The notes below the pieces were generated by a model, which worked only from the letters and a program-made list of their open reading frames with translations, had not been told where the DNA came from and ran no database searches. A DNA stretch of 32,000 nucleotides from an uncultured Thalassotalea sp. (GTDB taxonomy: Bacteria > Pseudomonadota > Gammaproteobacteria > Enterobacterales > Alteromonadaceae), in contig CANMZP010000007.1 of the NCBI GenBank assembly GCA_947502355.1, positions 43,775-75,774 of the forward strand, in the 5' to 3' direction. The number at the start of each line of letters is the position of its first letter. Within the stretch, counting starts at the first letter, position 1. This document shows positions 23,218 to 32,000 of this stretch, one piece after another. Position numbers and translations under genes: made by a program.

Positions 23218-26200
23218 TTATGACGTAAATTCTTTAATTTTTCCTTTAGAAAAGAACTTATATAGGCTTGGTACAACAAATAACGTGAGTAACGTCGCTG
23301 TAATTAACCCTCCAACAATAACGCTAGCAAGTGGTCTTTGAATTTCAGAGCCAACACCATTTGACATTAACATAGGTATTAGGCCTAACGCTGAAGTAAT
23401 AGCAGTCATAAGCACGGGGCGCAATCTTGAGGTAGCACCATCAAATATTGCTTCAACGGTTTCAAGTCCATCTTTGATTCGTTGATTAATGCTTTCCACC
23501 ATTACTACACCATTAAGCACCGCCACCCCAAACAAGGTAATAAAACCAACAGAGCTTGGAACTGATAGATACTGACTTGAAAGGTATAGTGAAAATACAC
23601 CGCCAATAACAGCTAATGGAACATTAAGTAAGATCAGCATCGCTTGTCCTACTGAACCAAATGCAAAATAAAGGAGTAATGCGATTAAAGCCAGTGATAA
23701 CGGTACGACGATAGAAAGACGCTGCTGTGCTCGTTGCTGATTTTCGAATTGCCCACCAATCGACACTGAATAACCTGCGGGCAATTCTACATCAGAGGCT
23801 ATCTTTGCTTGAATATCATCAACAACACTTCCCATGTCTCGGCCTTGGACATTGGCTTGAATAACCACCCTACGCTGAACATCATCACGTCTAACCTGTG
23901 GAGGGCCAGACTCAAAAGAAACAGAAGCTACATCGCCAATGCGTACCCAAGCTCCTGTCGGAGATTGCAGTCTAATATCGGCAATTGCTTCACTATTGGC
24001 TATAAATTCTTCACCTAGGCGCACGTATATATCATAACGTTCGTTACCATTAATAATTTGTCCAGCCTCAACACCACCAATACCGTCTTGAACCACTTCC
24101 ATGATATCACCAACAGATAAACCGTATCGAGAAAGCTCAAGCCTATTAGGAGCGATAACAAGTTGTGCTTCACCTGCAATCTGCTCAAGTGCAACGTCCT
24201 TTGCACCATCAATTGACTTAATCGCAGTTTCAATTTCTCGTCCTTTATTTGCTAGCACCTGTAAGTCAGAGCCAAATAATTTAATCGCAAGTTGTGCTTT
24301 GACTCCTGATAACAACTCATCAACGCGAGTAGCTATTGGCTGAGAGAAATTTAGTAAAAGACCCGGAAACTCCTCTAATGAGCGCTCCATTTCATCTTGC
24401 AGCTCATAACGATTAGAGGCGCTTGTCCATTCTGAAACAGGTTTAAGGCCAATGTAGATTTCAATGTTGTTCACTGGCTCTGGGTCGCCGCCAATTTCTG
24501 CTCGACCAATTCGGCTTAACGCGTAAGTCACTTCAGGAAATGCCATCAACTTTTCTTCCAATATTGGAGCAACAGATAGCGCTGTTTCCAAACTTGAAGA
24601 AGGGGCTAGTGTCACTCTGAGGTTAATCGTTCCTTCTTCTAACTCTGGCACAAACTCTGTTCCAATTTGTGGAATGATTGCCGCTGCCGAAGCGACGAGA
24701 GCTAATGACACAAAAACAACAAACTTGGTTCGCTTTAATGCAATTCTCAACAACTTTCGATACAAAATGTCGATAGGCTTTAAAATCAAACTTTCCCTTT
24801 CTTTCACCCCTCGCTTAAACATAAAAGTGGCAAGCGCAGGGACAATAAACAAAGCAACGACAATAGCTGACACCACAGCCAGCATAATGCTGACAGCCAT
24901 TGGCTGAAATAGCTTTGCTTCAACACCTTCGAAACTAAACAATGGTGTAAAAACAACGAGAATGATTGACGCTGCGAAAAAGATCGGGCGAGCAACTTCT
25001 TTACCTGCCAATTTTAACTTTTGTTTAGTTTCAATACTTGCATCAGCGCTCTCGCTTTCTAGTTGTCTGTTTAGGTGTTTAAACATGTTTTCAACCATAA
25101 CAACTGAACCATCGACTAACATGCCAATAGCCACCGCGATACCGCCGAGCGACATCAAGTTGGCTGAAATACCTAACCAAGCCATCACCATTAATGCAAT
25201 TCCAATGGAAATTGGGATTGAGATAAGCACTAGAAATGTTGCTCTTAAATTCATTAAAAATAGAGCAAGTACAATAGTTATAAAAATAAAAGCCAAAGTA
25301 AGGGCTTCAACAACGGTCGCCACGGCTTTTTCAATTAAGTCAGCTTGGTCATAAAAAGGCTCAAATCGCACACCTTCTGGTAATGCCTGATTGATAAGCT
25401 TTGTTCTAGCATTAATACCATCTATCGTCGCTTTGGTATTCGAACCCATGCGCTTTAATACGATGCCAGAAACCACTTCACCTAAGTTCTCAACACTGCC
25501 ATTGTCCGTTTTGCGGGTCATAGTGACAGCGCCTTGTCTGATCTCAGCACCAAACTCTACGTTCGCGACATCAGAAACAGTAACGACTACACCATTAAGT
25601 GTTTTCACAGGCACCTGCTGAATGTTTTTTATACCTTTTTCACCACTTTCGAACCAACCAGTACCACGAATAACGAGCTGTTCTTGGCCGCGATTCATGT
25701 ACCAGCCACCTACATTGGCGTTGTTATTTTCAAGCGCGGATACCACGTCCGCTTGGGTTAACTCGTAGGATAATAATTTTGAAGGATCAACATTAACTTG
25801 GTATTGGCGAACGTTACCACCGAATGACAGCACATCTGTTACGCCGTCTACAGGCATTATTAGCAGTTTAATGATCCAGTCATTCAGACTTCTAAGCGCC
25901 ATCGAATCATATTTGCTTGTGTCATCTGATATCAGCAAATATTGAAATACTTGCCCTAAGCCGGAAGTGTTTGGTCCCATCTCTGGTGTCCCAACTCCAG
26001 CAGGTATAAGCTCTTTCGCAGCCTGTAAGCGTTCAAATACCAATTGCCTTGCAAAATATATATCCGTACCTTCTTTAAAGACTACAGTGACACCCGACAA
26101 ACCTGTTTTTGAAATAGAGCGCACTTGTTCTACATCTGGTAATGCGTACATCACAGCTTCAATTGGATATGTGATAAGTTGCTCTACTTCTTCTGCGGCT

Positions 26201-26367
26201 AAACCCGGCGCTTCGGTATTAACAGCAACTTGTACGTTTGTAACGTCTGGAAACGCATCCAAATTCAACTTGGGTATGGTGATAACAGCACTTGCGATTA
26301 ATACAATTAGCGTTATTAGTACAAGCAGTCTGTTGTTAATAGACCAATCAATAATTCGATTAAACAT
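23218..26367 (-). CDS. czcA: heavy-metal efflux RND pump, CzcA/CusA family
   Basis: 1049 aa. The N-terminus MFNRIIDWSINNRLLVL...LDAFPDVTNVQVAVNTEAPGLAAEEVEQLITYPIE is typical of HME-RND. AAGGAGG lies 5 nt upstream of the ATG. Confidence 0.92.
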   Translation of the reverse strand: MFNRIIDWSINNRLLVLITLIVLIASAVITIPKLNLDAFPDVTNVQVAVNTEAPGLAAEEVEQLITYPIEAVMYALPDVEQVRSISKTGLSGVTVVFKEGTDIYFARQLVFERLQAAKELIPAGVGTPEMGPNTSGLGQVFQYLLISDDTSKYDSMALRSLNDWIIKLLIMPVDGVTDVLSFGGNVRQYQVNVDPSKLLSYELTQADVVSALENNNANVGGWYMNRGQEQLVIRGTGWFESGEKGIKNIQQVPVKTLNGVVVTVSDVANVEFGAEIRQGAVTMTRKTDNGSVENLGEVVSGIVLKRMGSNTKATIDGINARTKLINQALPEGVRFEPFYDQADLIEKAVATVVEALTLAFIFITIVLALFLMNLRATFLVLISIPISIGIALMVMAWLGISANLMSLGGIAVAIGMLVDGSVVMVENMFKHLNRQLESESADASIETKQKLKLAGKEVARPIFFAASIILVVFTPLFSFEGVEAKLFQPMAVSIMLAVVSAIVVALFIVPALATFMFKRGVKERESLILKPIDILYRKLLRIALKRTKFVVFVSLALVASAAAIIPQIGTEFVPELEEGTINLRVTLAPSSSLETALSVAPILEEKLMAFPEVTYALSRIGRAEIGGDPEPVNNIEIYIGLKPVSEWTSASNRYELQDEMERSLEEFPGLLLNFSQPIATRVDELLSGVKAQLAIKLFGSDLQVLANKGREIETAIKSIDGAKDVALEQIAGEAQLVIAPNRLELSRYGLSVGDIMEVVQDGIGGVEAGQIINGNERYDIYVRLGEEFIANSEAIADIRLQSPTGAWVRIGDVASVSFESGPPQVRRDDVQRRVVIQANVQGRDMGSVVDDIQAKIASDVELPAGYSVSIGGQFENQQRAQQRLSIVVPLSLALIALLLYFAFGSVGQAMLILLNVPLAVIGGVFSLYLSSQYLSVPSSVGFITLFGVAVLNGVVMVESINQRIKDGLETVEAIFDGATSRLRPVLMTAITSALGLIPMLMSNGVGSEIQRPLASVIVGGLITATLLTLFVVPSLYKFFSKGKIKEFTS

Positions 26368-26378
26368 GCTTGGCCTCC

Positions 26379-27605
26379 TTAATGATTGTGCGGGTCGAAG
26401 CCGCCCTTAGCTATCTCAGAGGCGACAAAAAAAGCACCACGTGTAACGACTTTTGTTCCAGATTCAAGGCCGAAAATTTCTCGATATTCGCCAAATGACC
26501 GACCTCTTGTTACTTCTACTGCTTTAAACTCATTTGTGTGGTCTTCAATAAATACAGTCCAATCACCGTCACTGCTTCTAATCAACGCTTCTTCTGGTAC
26601 TGCAATGACTTCATCGCTTGATTCGAACTGCAAATAGACTTTCACAAACATACCTGAATGAAGCTTATGTCCAGTATTAGTAACCGACAGTCTTACTGTT
26701 CGGGTTCGTGTAATTGGATCAATAGTGTGAGCTTCTTGAATGACGTTGGCTTGGTATTTAATACCATTTAAATCAATTAAGGCAGGACTGCCTAAGGCTA
26801 AATTTAACTCTTTATTAGGAGGAACATTTGCTTCTACCCAAAGGTCTGTCTCATCGGCAAGTAACATGATGGTTTCACCCGCTTCAATGCGCTGACCTTG
26901 CATGAAGTCATCTTGCAATACAACGCCTTCCCGCTCAGCTATAAGCACGTACTGCCCAAACGTAGCGCTATCTTGTTGGGCTATTTTGTCAATTGCTTGT
27001 TTTGTTAAACCAAAAGCTACTAATTTGCCATAAACACCTTTATAGATGTTTTCTGCTTCAACAAGCGTACGTTCGCTTATGTTGTTACTTCCTAGCTTTT
27101 TCGCTCGCTTCCAATTAGAAGAGGCTATTAAAAAGTCCGCTTGAGTTTGAGCCATCGTTTCACTGAACAAGGTAACTAATTTTTGTCCAGACTTTACGTG
27201 GTCTCCTAAGCTCGCAAGGCGATTAATAACCACTGAATCTGTGCGAGGTGATACCAGATAGCTCTTATAGCCATTGGCTTTCACTTCTCCGGGAGCGTAT
27301 ACCGTATTTTGGTATTTCTTCGGAAACAACTCCTCAATTTTTATGCCTGCTAATTCAACCTTTTCAGCACTTAAAGAAATCCCCTCAACATGTTCCTCTT
27401 CTTTAACGAGACTCTCGGTTTTATGTTCTTCATCCTCTGCATGGTCATGTTCATCAGTAGCTTTCTTGATAGACTTTTCATGTTCATGCGAATGTTCATC
27501 GTGTTGTGTGTTATTTTGACTTTCATTAGCCAGTGCTGTGTTTATTGAAAACACAGCAAGAATGATTACTAACGCTACGCCAGTAGTTCGAAAAATATTA
27601 TTCAT
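26379..27605 (-). CDS. czcB: RND periplasmic adaptor (membrane fusion protein), CzcB-like, with a His-rich N-terminal region
   Basis: 408 aa with a signal/anchor sequence and then HDEHSHEHEKSIKKATDEHDHAEDEEH. It has MFP-type beta-barrel/lipoyl sequence and lies directly upstream of czcA. Confidence 0.85.
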   Translation of the reverse strand: MNNIFRTTGVALVIILAVFSINTALANESQNNTQHDEHSHEHEKSIKKATDEHDHAEDEEHKTESLVKEEEHVEGISLSAEKVELAGIKIEELFPKKYQNTVYAPGEVKANGYKSYLVSPRTDSVVINRLASLGDHVKSGQKLVTLFSETMAQTQADFLIASSNWKRAKKLGSNNISERTLVEAENIYKGVYGKLVAFGLTKQAIDKIAQQDSATFGQYVLIAEREGVVLQDDFMQGQRIEAGETIMLLADETDLWVEANVPPNKELNLALGSPALIDLNGIKYQANVIQEAHTIDPITRTRTVRLSVTNTGHKLHSGMFVKVYLQFESSDEVIAVPEEALIRSSDGDWTVFIEDHTNEFKAVEVTRGRSFGEYREIFGLESGTKVVTRGAFFVASEIAKGGFDPHNH

Positions 27606-27671
27606 AATGACTCTTAACTTTTATTAAACCAAATTGTGTTTGCGCAAAAGCGCACTGTATGGAGTAAAAAG

Positions 27672-28013
27672 TTAAGCGATAGGTGGTCGGTAGAGCCTAG
27701 ATTGAACGCCCAAAGGCAACAAAGTTAATTTGTTGAAGTTATGTGAATGATTTAAAGACAGGTTTGGTACAAATGCTTTTACCAAAATCCAACTGGTATG
27801 ATTGCCACTACAGTGCCCACAATGATGGCAGTCTTCTATATCGTGCTCGTTATCACTATCTAACTGAGGAGAATGATCTGTTTCGTGGTCATGAATGGTT
27901 TGGATATGCTCAACGTCTAACTGATGAGTTTCCATGCTTGCAGATACAGCGACAAACGATTGTAAAACAATCGATATAATCAGCAGTATTTTTAAAGCAA
28001 TGTTAGTGTTCAA
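27672..28013 (-). CDS. small exported His/Cys-rich protein (CzcI-like position upstream of czcBA)
   Basis: 113 aa, TTG start, signal-like MNTNIALKILLIISIVLQSFVAVSA, then HDHETDHSPQLDSDNEHDIEDCHHCGHCSGNH. Confidence 0.55.
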   Translation of the reverse strand: MNTNIALKILLIISIVLQSFVAVSASMETHQLDVEHIQTIHDHETDHSPQLDSDNEHDIEDCHHCGHCSGNHTSWILVKAFVPNLSLNHSHNFNKLTLLPLGVQSRLYRPPIA

Positions 28014-28098
28014 TATTCTATTCTCTTCATTAGACGTTGGTAATATAACAAATTTCTGAGTACAAATCTAAGCCAGTTAATAAATGTAAATGTAAATG

Positions 28099-28986
28099 TT
28101 AATCATCTCTGCAAACTTCATTGGGAAATTCAAACTCAATGGTGGTATGCGACAAATCAAAAGCACGTAAGTCTTCAGAAATTATTTGCTTGAGAGATTG
28201 TAACTTAGGTACATCGTACGGAGCATTCAAAACAAGGTGCGCTGTTAGCACATGACTTTCGCCATCTAAAGACCAATAGTGCAAGTGGTGAACTTCTCTT
28301 ACCTCAGATTTCGAAAGTAAGGCTTCAGTTATCTTGGCTTGTGTTTCTTTATCAGGTGACGCTTGTAAAAATAATGCTAACGTAGACCTTAAATTTTTTA
28401 AGACGTTAAACAGAATAAACAGCGTAAAAGCGATAGATAGCAATGGATCTAAAATAGGCCAATCCACAAACATCAAGATAATTGATACGATAAGGACAGC
28501 AACCCAGCCTAGGACATCTTCTAATAGATGCCATGTTAATACCTTTTCGTTTAGTGTGGTTCCCGCCTTAAGTTTGTATACGGCATAACCATTTACTGTA
28601 ACCCCAAGTAACGCCAATCCTAGCATTCCCTCTACCATTGGCATTTCTGGGTTAGATAATCGAGGAATTGCCTCAACTAAAATAAAGATCGAGCCAGCAA
28701 TTAAAACAACGCTATTTATTAAGGCACCAAACAGTGACAAGCGCTTATAACCGTAGCTGTGCGTCGAAGATGCTTGTTTATCTGAAAAGTGGCTCAACAA
28801 CCAAGCAAAACCGATAGATATGCTGTCACCTAAATCATGAACTGCGTCAGCCATGATTGCCGTACTATTGGTTAGCCAACCGCCGATGAATTCAATGATG
28901 GTGAAAGTTACATTTAGAAAAAATGTCCAACCAATGCGCTCATTTTTGTCATGTGCATGGTGGTGATTATGATTGTGGCTGTGCAT
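28099..28986 (-). CDS. czcD: cation diffusion facilitator (CzcD/ZitB-like) Zn/Cd/Co exporter
   Basis: MHSHNHNHHHAHD His tag-like N-terminus. TM2 and TM5 metal-site contexts ADAVHDLGD and HLLEDVLGW, plus a C-terminal cytoplasmic domain. I prefer the ATG at 28986 (GAGG 5 nt upstream) over the track GTG at 29007. Confidence 0.88.
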   Translation of the reverse strand: MHSHNHNHHHAHDKNERIGWTFFLNVTFTIIEFIGGWLTNSTAIMADAVHDLGDSISIGFAWLLSHFSDKQASSTHSYGYKRLSLFGALINSVVLIAGSIFILVEAIPRLSNPEMPMVEGMLGLALLGVTVNGYAVYKLKAGTTLNEKVLTWHLLEDVLGWVAVLIVSIILMFVDWPILDPLLSIAFTLFILFNVLKNLRSTLALFLQASPDKETQAKITEALLSKSEVREVHHLHYWSLDGESHVLTAHLVLNAPYDVPKLQSLKQIISEDLRAFDLSHTTIEFEFPNEVCRDD

Positions 28987-29707
28987 TTGCACCTCTAGCT
29001 TTGTCACCAGTGTTTCTCAGGCGATTGACATTCATATTGATAAGATGACGAATCACCGATTGATATAACCAGCGTTTGACTCCTGACAAATTAGTACCTT
29101 TCTCGCTGTAAAATTCATCTGGCGAGTTGTATAAACCAAAGTCATCATGAATGCCTTCCTTTTGAATGTATGTATTTTTTCCTGTCCATTCTGTCTCAGG
29201 GTTTTCCAAACAGGTGGTTGCGATACCATATCCACAGAAACTACCTTTATCTTGACTGAATCTAGATTGAACTGAGCTTAGATAATCATTGTCGAGGATA
29301 AAACCTTCTAGGTTGATCCACTCTCCATCAAAAAAGACTTCAACCCAGCTATGGATAATATATTTAGGCGCAAGCCAAAACACGTAAGCGGGAATAGCGC
29401 CTTTTTGCAGTTGTTGATCAATAGTGAAACCATGAAATCTGCACTGAATACCTAGCGCCCGTAGTAGAGCCATTAACAAGTTTCCCTTGGTATTGCACTG
29501 TCCATAGCCATCAGCCAAAACTTCACTTGCTGCTATATCATCACTGCGGTTATATCCGAACTGAATTTCGTCTTTAACATAAGTGTAAGCAACACCTATC
29601 TTGTTATACTCATCTAAAGCTTGCCACTTTCGCTCGGCTATTAGCGATTGGATGGTGTGATCATCAAAATCCAATATATGTGTTTTCTCTAAATAATTAG
29701 CACTCAC
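28967..29707 (-). CDS. transglutaminase-like cysteine protease-fold protein
   Basis: GYGQCNTKGNLLMALLRALGI (catalytic Cys context) and HSWVEVFFDGEWINLEG (His...Asp/Glu context). I prefer the GTG at 29707 (AAGGAG 7 nt upstream). Its 3' end overlaps the czcD start by 20 nt. Confidence 0.7.
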   Translation of the reverse strand: MSANYLEKTHILDFDDHTIQSLIAERKWQALDEYNKIGVAYTYVKDEIQFGYNRSDDIAASEVLADGYGQCNTKGNLLMALLRALGIQCRFHGFTIDQQLQKGAIPAYVFWLAPKYIIHSWVEVFFDGEWINLEGFILDNDYLSSVQSRFSQDKGSFCGYGIATTCLENPETEWTGKNTYIQKEGIHDDFGLYNSPDEFYSEKGTNLSGVKRWLYQSVIRHLINMNVNRLRNTGDKARGANAQPQS

Positions 29708-29719
29708 TATCAATCTCCT

Positions 29720-30376
29720 TTAAGAATATGATTTTGATTTACTTCCACTACAGCTATTGTTTTCGTTTGTTGACTCTGCCTTGCTCAGCTCTTCCTTCGC
29801 ATCAGTAATAATGAGGTAAGCCCCTCTTAAAATTAGGGTTGCAATCACACTACCAATGACAATATCAGGCCAGCGAGAATCAAGCAGCATCACCAACACA
29901 CCAGCAGCAATAACGCCCATATTTGCGATCACATCGTTGGCTGAAAATATCCAGCTTGCACGCATATGAACTTCACCATTGTTATGCTTTCTTATTAAAA
30001 CTAAACAAATGACGTTTGCTATTAATGCTACAAAACCAAAGCCGATCATGAACCAAGAGTGTGGCTCGGCTTCGCCGAGTGCTCTTCGAACTATGTCAAA
30101 GATGATCAAAAGCCCAAGGGTTAGCTGAAAGTAACCGCTAATCAGAGCAGCATTGGCTTTATGCTTTAGAGTTCTGCTTACTGCGTACAAAGCAATGCCA
30201 TAGACAATTGCATCAGCAAGCATATCCATTGAGTCTGCTATCAATGCAGTCGAATTTGCATATAAACCGACGGTAATATCAACAAAGAACATAAAGGCAT
30301 TGATACCGAGCAACCAGTAAAGCACATGCTTTTGTTTCGCATCTTTTAATTCAACTTCGCAACCACAACCGCTCAT
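29720..30376 (-). CDS. short CDF-like cation transporter (membrane domain only, 218 aa)
   Basis: MSGCGCEVEL N-terminus. ADSMDMLADAIVYG and FSANDVIANMG resemble CDF TM2/TM5 sites. There is no C-terminal cytoplasmic domain. AGGAG lies 8 nt upstream. Confidence 0.72.
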   Translation of the reverse strand: MSGCGCEVELKDAKQKHVLYWLLGINAFMFFVDITVGLYANSTALIADSMDMLADAIVYGIALYAVSRTLKHKANAALISGYFQLTLGLLIIFDIVRRALGEAEPHSWFMIGFGFVALIANVICLVLIRKHNNGEVHMRASWIFSANDVIANMGVIAAGVLVMLLDSRWPDIVIGSVIATLILRGAYLIITDAKEELSKAESTNENNSCSGSKSKSYS

Positions 30377-30407
30377 ATTTCAAACTCCTATTAGCTTGTA
30401 TACTTAA

Positions 30408-30438
30408 ATCATAGACTCTATAGTTGCTATAGGGTCAA
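30408..30438 (-). promoter_or_regulatory. MerR-type promoter with a 19-bp spacer and an operator dyad
   Basis: The - strand reads TTGACC-ctatagcaactatagagtc-TATGAT. The spacer is 19 bp and contains the dyad GACCCTATAG-caa-CTATAGAGTC (one mismatch), similar to CadR/ZntR/PbrR operators. It drives the CDF operon, and the MerR-family gene diverges from it. Confidence 0.72.
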
Positions 30439-30455
30439 GCTAAAATTGAATTACT

Positions 30456-30845
30456 ATGAAAATAGGCCAACTAGCCAAGGTATCTGGCTGTTCAATACAA
30501 ACGATTAGGTATTACGAAAAAGAAGGGTTACTGAATCCGCCTAGCCGTAGCGAAGGAAATTTTCGGCTATATGATGAAAAAGCTCTGAAAGAGTTAGAGT
30601 TTGTAAAACATTGTCGAAGCCTCGATATTCCTTTGATAGACATCAAGACTTTACTTGAGCTTAAAAATAGACCTGAAGAAAGTTGCTCCTCGATAAATGA
30701 CCTGATTGCAAAACAGCTCGATTTAGTTAACCAGCGCATTAAGGAGCTGAAAGTATTAAAGTCAGAGCTTCAAATAATGAAGAAAGCTTGCTCTTCAGAC
30801 AATACAGTTGAAAGATGCGGCATAATGAAAACGCTGGAAGTGTAA
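30456..30845 (+). CDS. MerR-family metal-responsive regulator (ZntR/CadR-like)
   Basis: MKIGQLAKVSGCSIQTIRYYEKEGLL is an HTH. A dimerisation coiled coil follows, and there are Cys residues at ...ESCSS... and ...KKACSSDNTVERCG in metal-binding positions. Confidence 0.88.
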   Translation: MKIGQLAKVSGCSIQTIRYYEKEGLLNPPSRSEGNFRLYDEKALKELEFVKHCRSLDIPLIDIKTLLELKNRPEESCSSINDLIAKQLDLVNQRIKELKVLKSELQIMKKACSSDNTVERCGIMKTLEV

Positions 30846-30934
30846 TTGAAAACCTCAGTGTCCGCTTGTCGCTCTAAAAAGACATTAACCTCTTCAGTTA
30901 GTTAACGTCAAACTTGGAGCCAAACGATATATCA

Positions 30935-31447
30935 TTAAATATTTGTAGCGCTCACAATATCGTCTAGCTTCTTAAGATTTTCTATATCTATGCTCTTAAT
31001 ACACAAAGGGCTTCCCGTGTATACAACAACTTCATACGCACCAGCTCCCACCGCTAATTCTCGAAAGGCCCTGTCTTCAATGTGACTCAGTCCACCCTCA
31101 AGTTTTTCCATTGGGTGGATTACAATGGTGGGTGCAGGTTTAAGAGAAAACTTCCCGATTAAAGTATATATAGCATGCTGCAAAATTTTCTCAGCAACGA
31201 AAAAGTTATTAAGTAAAAAACGCGGGTGGGAAAATGGGTTTATCGATTCTTCATTGGAGGATGTTGCATGCTGGGCATTATTACCAATTGCCGCTATGAC
31301 CTTAACCCCTTTGCCGTTTTCCCTGGTCAATAGATAGGGTTTTTCATCAAACTCTTTGCCTGTTTTCGTATCCACAACTCTTAAGCGGTTTTCCCATATT
31401 TGGACATAAATAATAGGGCTAAACTTGTTTAAAATTTTTCTAAGCAT
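30935..31447 (-). CDS. hypothetical protein (weak resemblance to one half of an MreB/actin-like fold)
   Basis: 170-aa ORF. IVIHPMEKLEGGLSHIEDRAFRELAVGAGAYEVVVYTG is reminiscent of MreB (viavP...E.rA..ea...aGa.ev). By eye only. Confidence 0.5.
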   Translation of the reverse strand: MLRKILNKFSPIIYVQIWENRLRVVDTKTGKEFDEKPYLLTRENGKGVKVIAAIGNNAQHATSSNEESINPFSHPRFLLNNFFVAEKILQHAIYTLIGKFSLKPAPTIVIHPMEKLEGGLSHIEDRAFRELAVGAGAYEVVVYTGSPLCIKSIDIENLKKLDDIVSATNI

Positions 31448-31569
31448 TTAATACTTCATCCATCATGATACTGCTTCGGCGAACGGCTGTAGTTCGACCT
31501 AGGAGCCGTTGACTTTCAATACCTTACGCCTATTTTAACTGACTAGCAAGATGGTGCCATAATTGGAAA

Positions 31570-31962
31570 TTAGCTCTTGAGGTGTGCTCTTCTTGAATCT
31601 AACCATTTTACTGCCTCTTCCATTAAGTGTTGTTGAAATTTTATTTCGGCTTCATTTCTCGGTAAGTCAGTATAATAAAACAATGTAGAGCCATCTCGAC
31701 AATCCCATATCTCTCTTAGCCAACAAAAGATATGTTCAAAACCTAAGTTGCTACCAAGGTATTTTCCGTCTGGAAGTTCTTCGTCAATTTCATGGTGTAC
31801 GTCATTATATAAAAAATTAGCACCATCCATTAAATCAATGGAACCAGCAACCATCCTTTGCAGTATATCTTCAGCAACAATCCAAGCGGATTCAATTCTC
31901 GTTGGAATAGCTACATTTAACTCTTCCATAGCTTTCTCAAACAAATCCGAAACCTCATACAT
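31570..31962 (-). CDS. hypothetical acidic protein (130 aa)
   Basis: Clean ATG-started ORF with no recognised motif. Confidence 0.5.
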   Translation of the reverse strand: MYEVSDLFEKAMEELNVAIPTRIESAWIVAEDILQRMVAGSIDLMDGANFLYNDVHHEIDEELPDGKYLGSNLGFEHIFCWLREIWDCRDGSTLFYYTDLPRNEAEIKFQQHLMEEAVKWLDSRRAHLKS

Positions 31963-32000
31963 TTTTGGATCTTTATGGGTCTGTAAGATGTTAATACTAT

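Noticed and set aside
23809-26410. Many 60-150-aa ORFs antisense to or overlapping czcA. The same applies to 1040..1225, 2245..2502, 3309..3560, 6512..6763, 7022..7354, 8662..9224, 9746..9988, 10522..10779, 13252..13548, 14891..15148, 15960..16181, 16274..16531, 16910..17182, 17140..17527, 18754..18969, 19351..19659, 22141..23005, 26386..26637, 27274..27519, 27743..27979, 28334..28588, 29053..29235, 30512..30739 and 31125..31337.
   Set aside because: These are shadow ORFs lying inside or opposite well-supported longer genes. They have no SD support and low-complexity or Ser/Leu/Cys-rich translations.

Overview
This AT-rich window (about 38-40% GC by eye) looks like the replication and partition core of a large plasmid or chromid, flanked by accessory cargo. 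The host is probably a marine gammaproteobacterium of Alteromonadales or Pseudoalteromonas type; that is an inference from the Tus-plus-plasmid-origin layout and codon style, not a search result. The core, left to right, is parB-parA (type Ia ParA), a 1.2-kb ORF-free spacer, a 551-aa putative Rep, and a roughly 1-kb iteron origin. The origin has two repeat classes and a dense GATC cluster. Next to it are a clear Tus homologue and two perfectly inverted Ter-like sites 162 bp apart, which I read as a minimal replication-fork trap. The cargo includes a SIR2-like protein next to a partial partner gene at the left edge, and a Cas4-like PD-(D/E)XK nuclease whose N-terminal Cys motif lies on a separate, same-frame upstream ORF. 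There is also an orphan NPPY N6-adenine methyltransferase followed by small genes and a decayed DUF6884-like gene. Further cargo is a stand-alone RelA/SpoT-type synthetase with a long C-terminal extension, and a 54-aa CsrA paralogue that is missing from the ORF track. An intact IS1182-family element has a 4-bp target duplication. A heavy-metal island carries czcA, czcB, a small His/Cys-rich protein, two CDF transporters, a transglutaminase-like gene and a divergent MerR-family regulator with a textbook 19-bp-spacer promoter. I saw no rRNA, tRNA or CRISPR array. All family assignments come from motif recognition by eye; no database search was possible.
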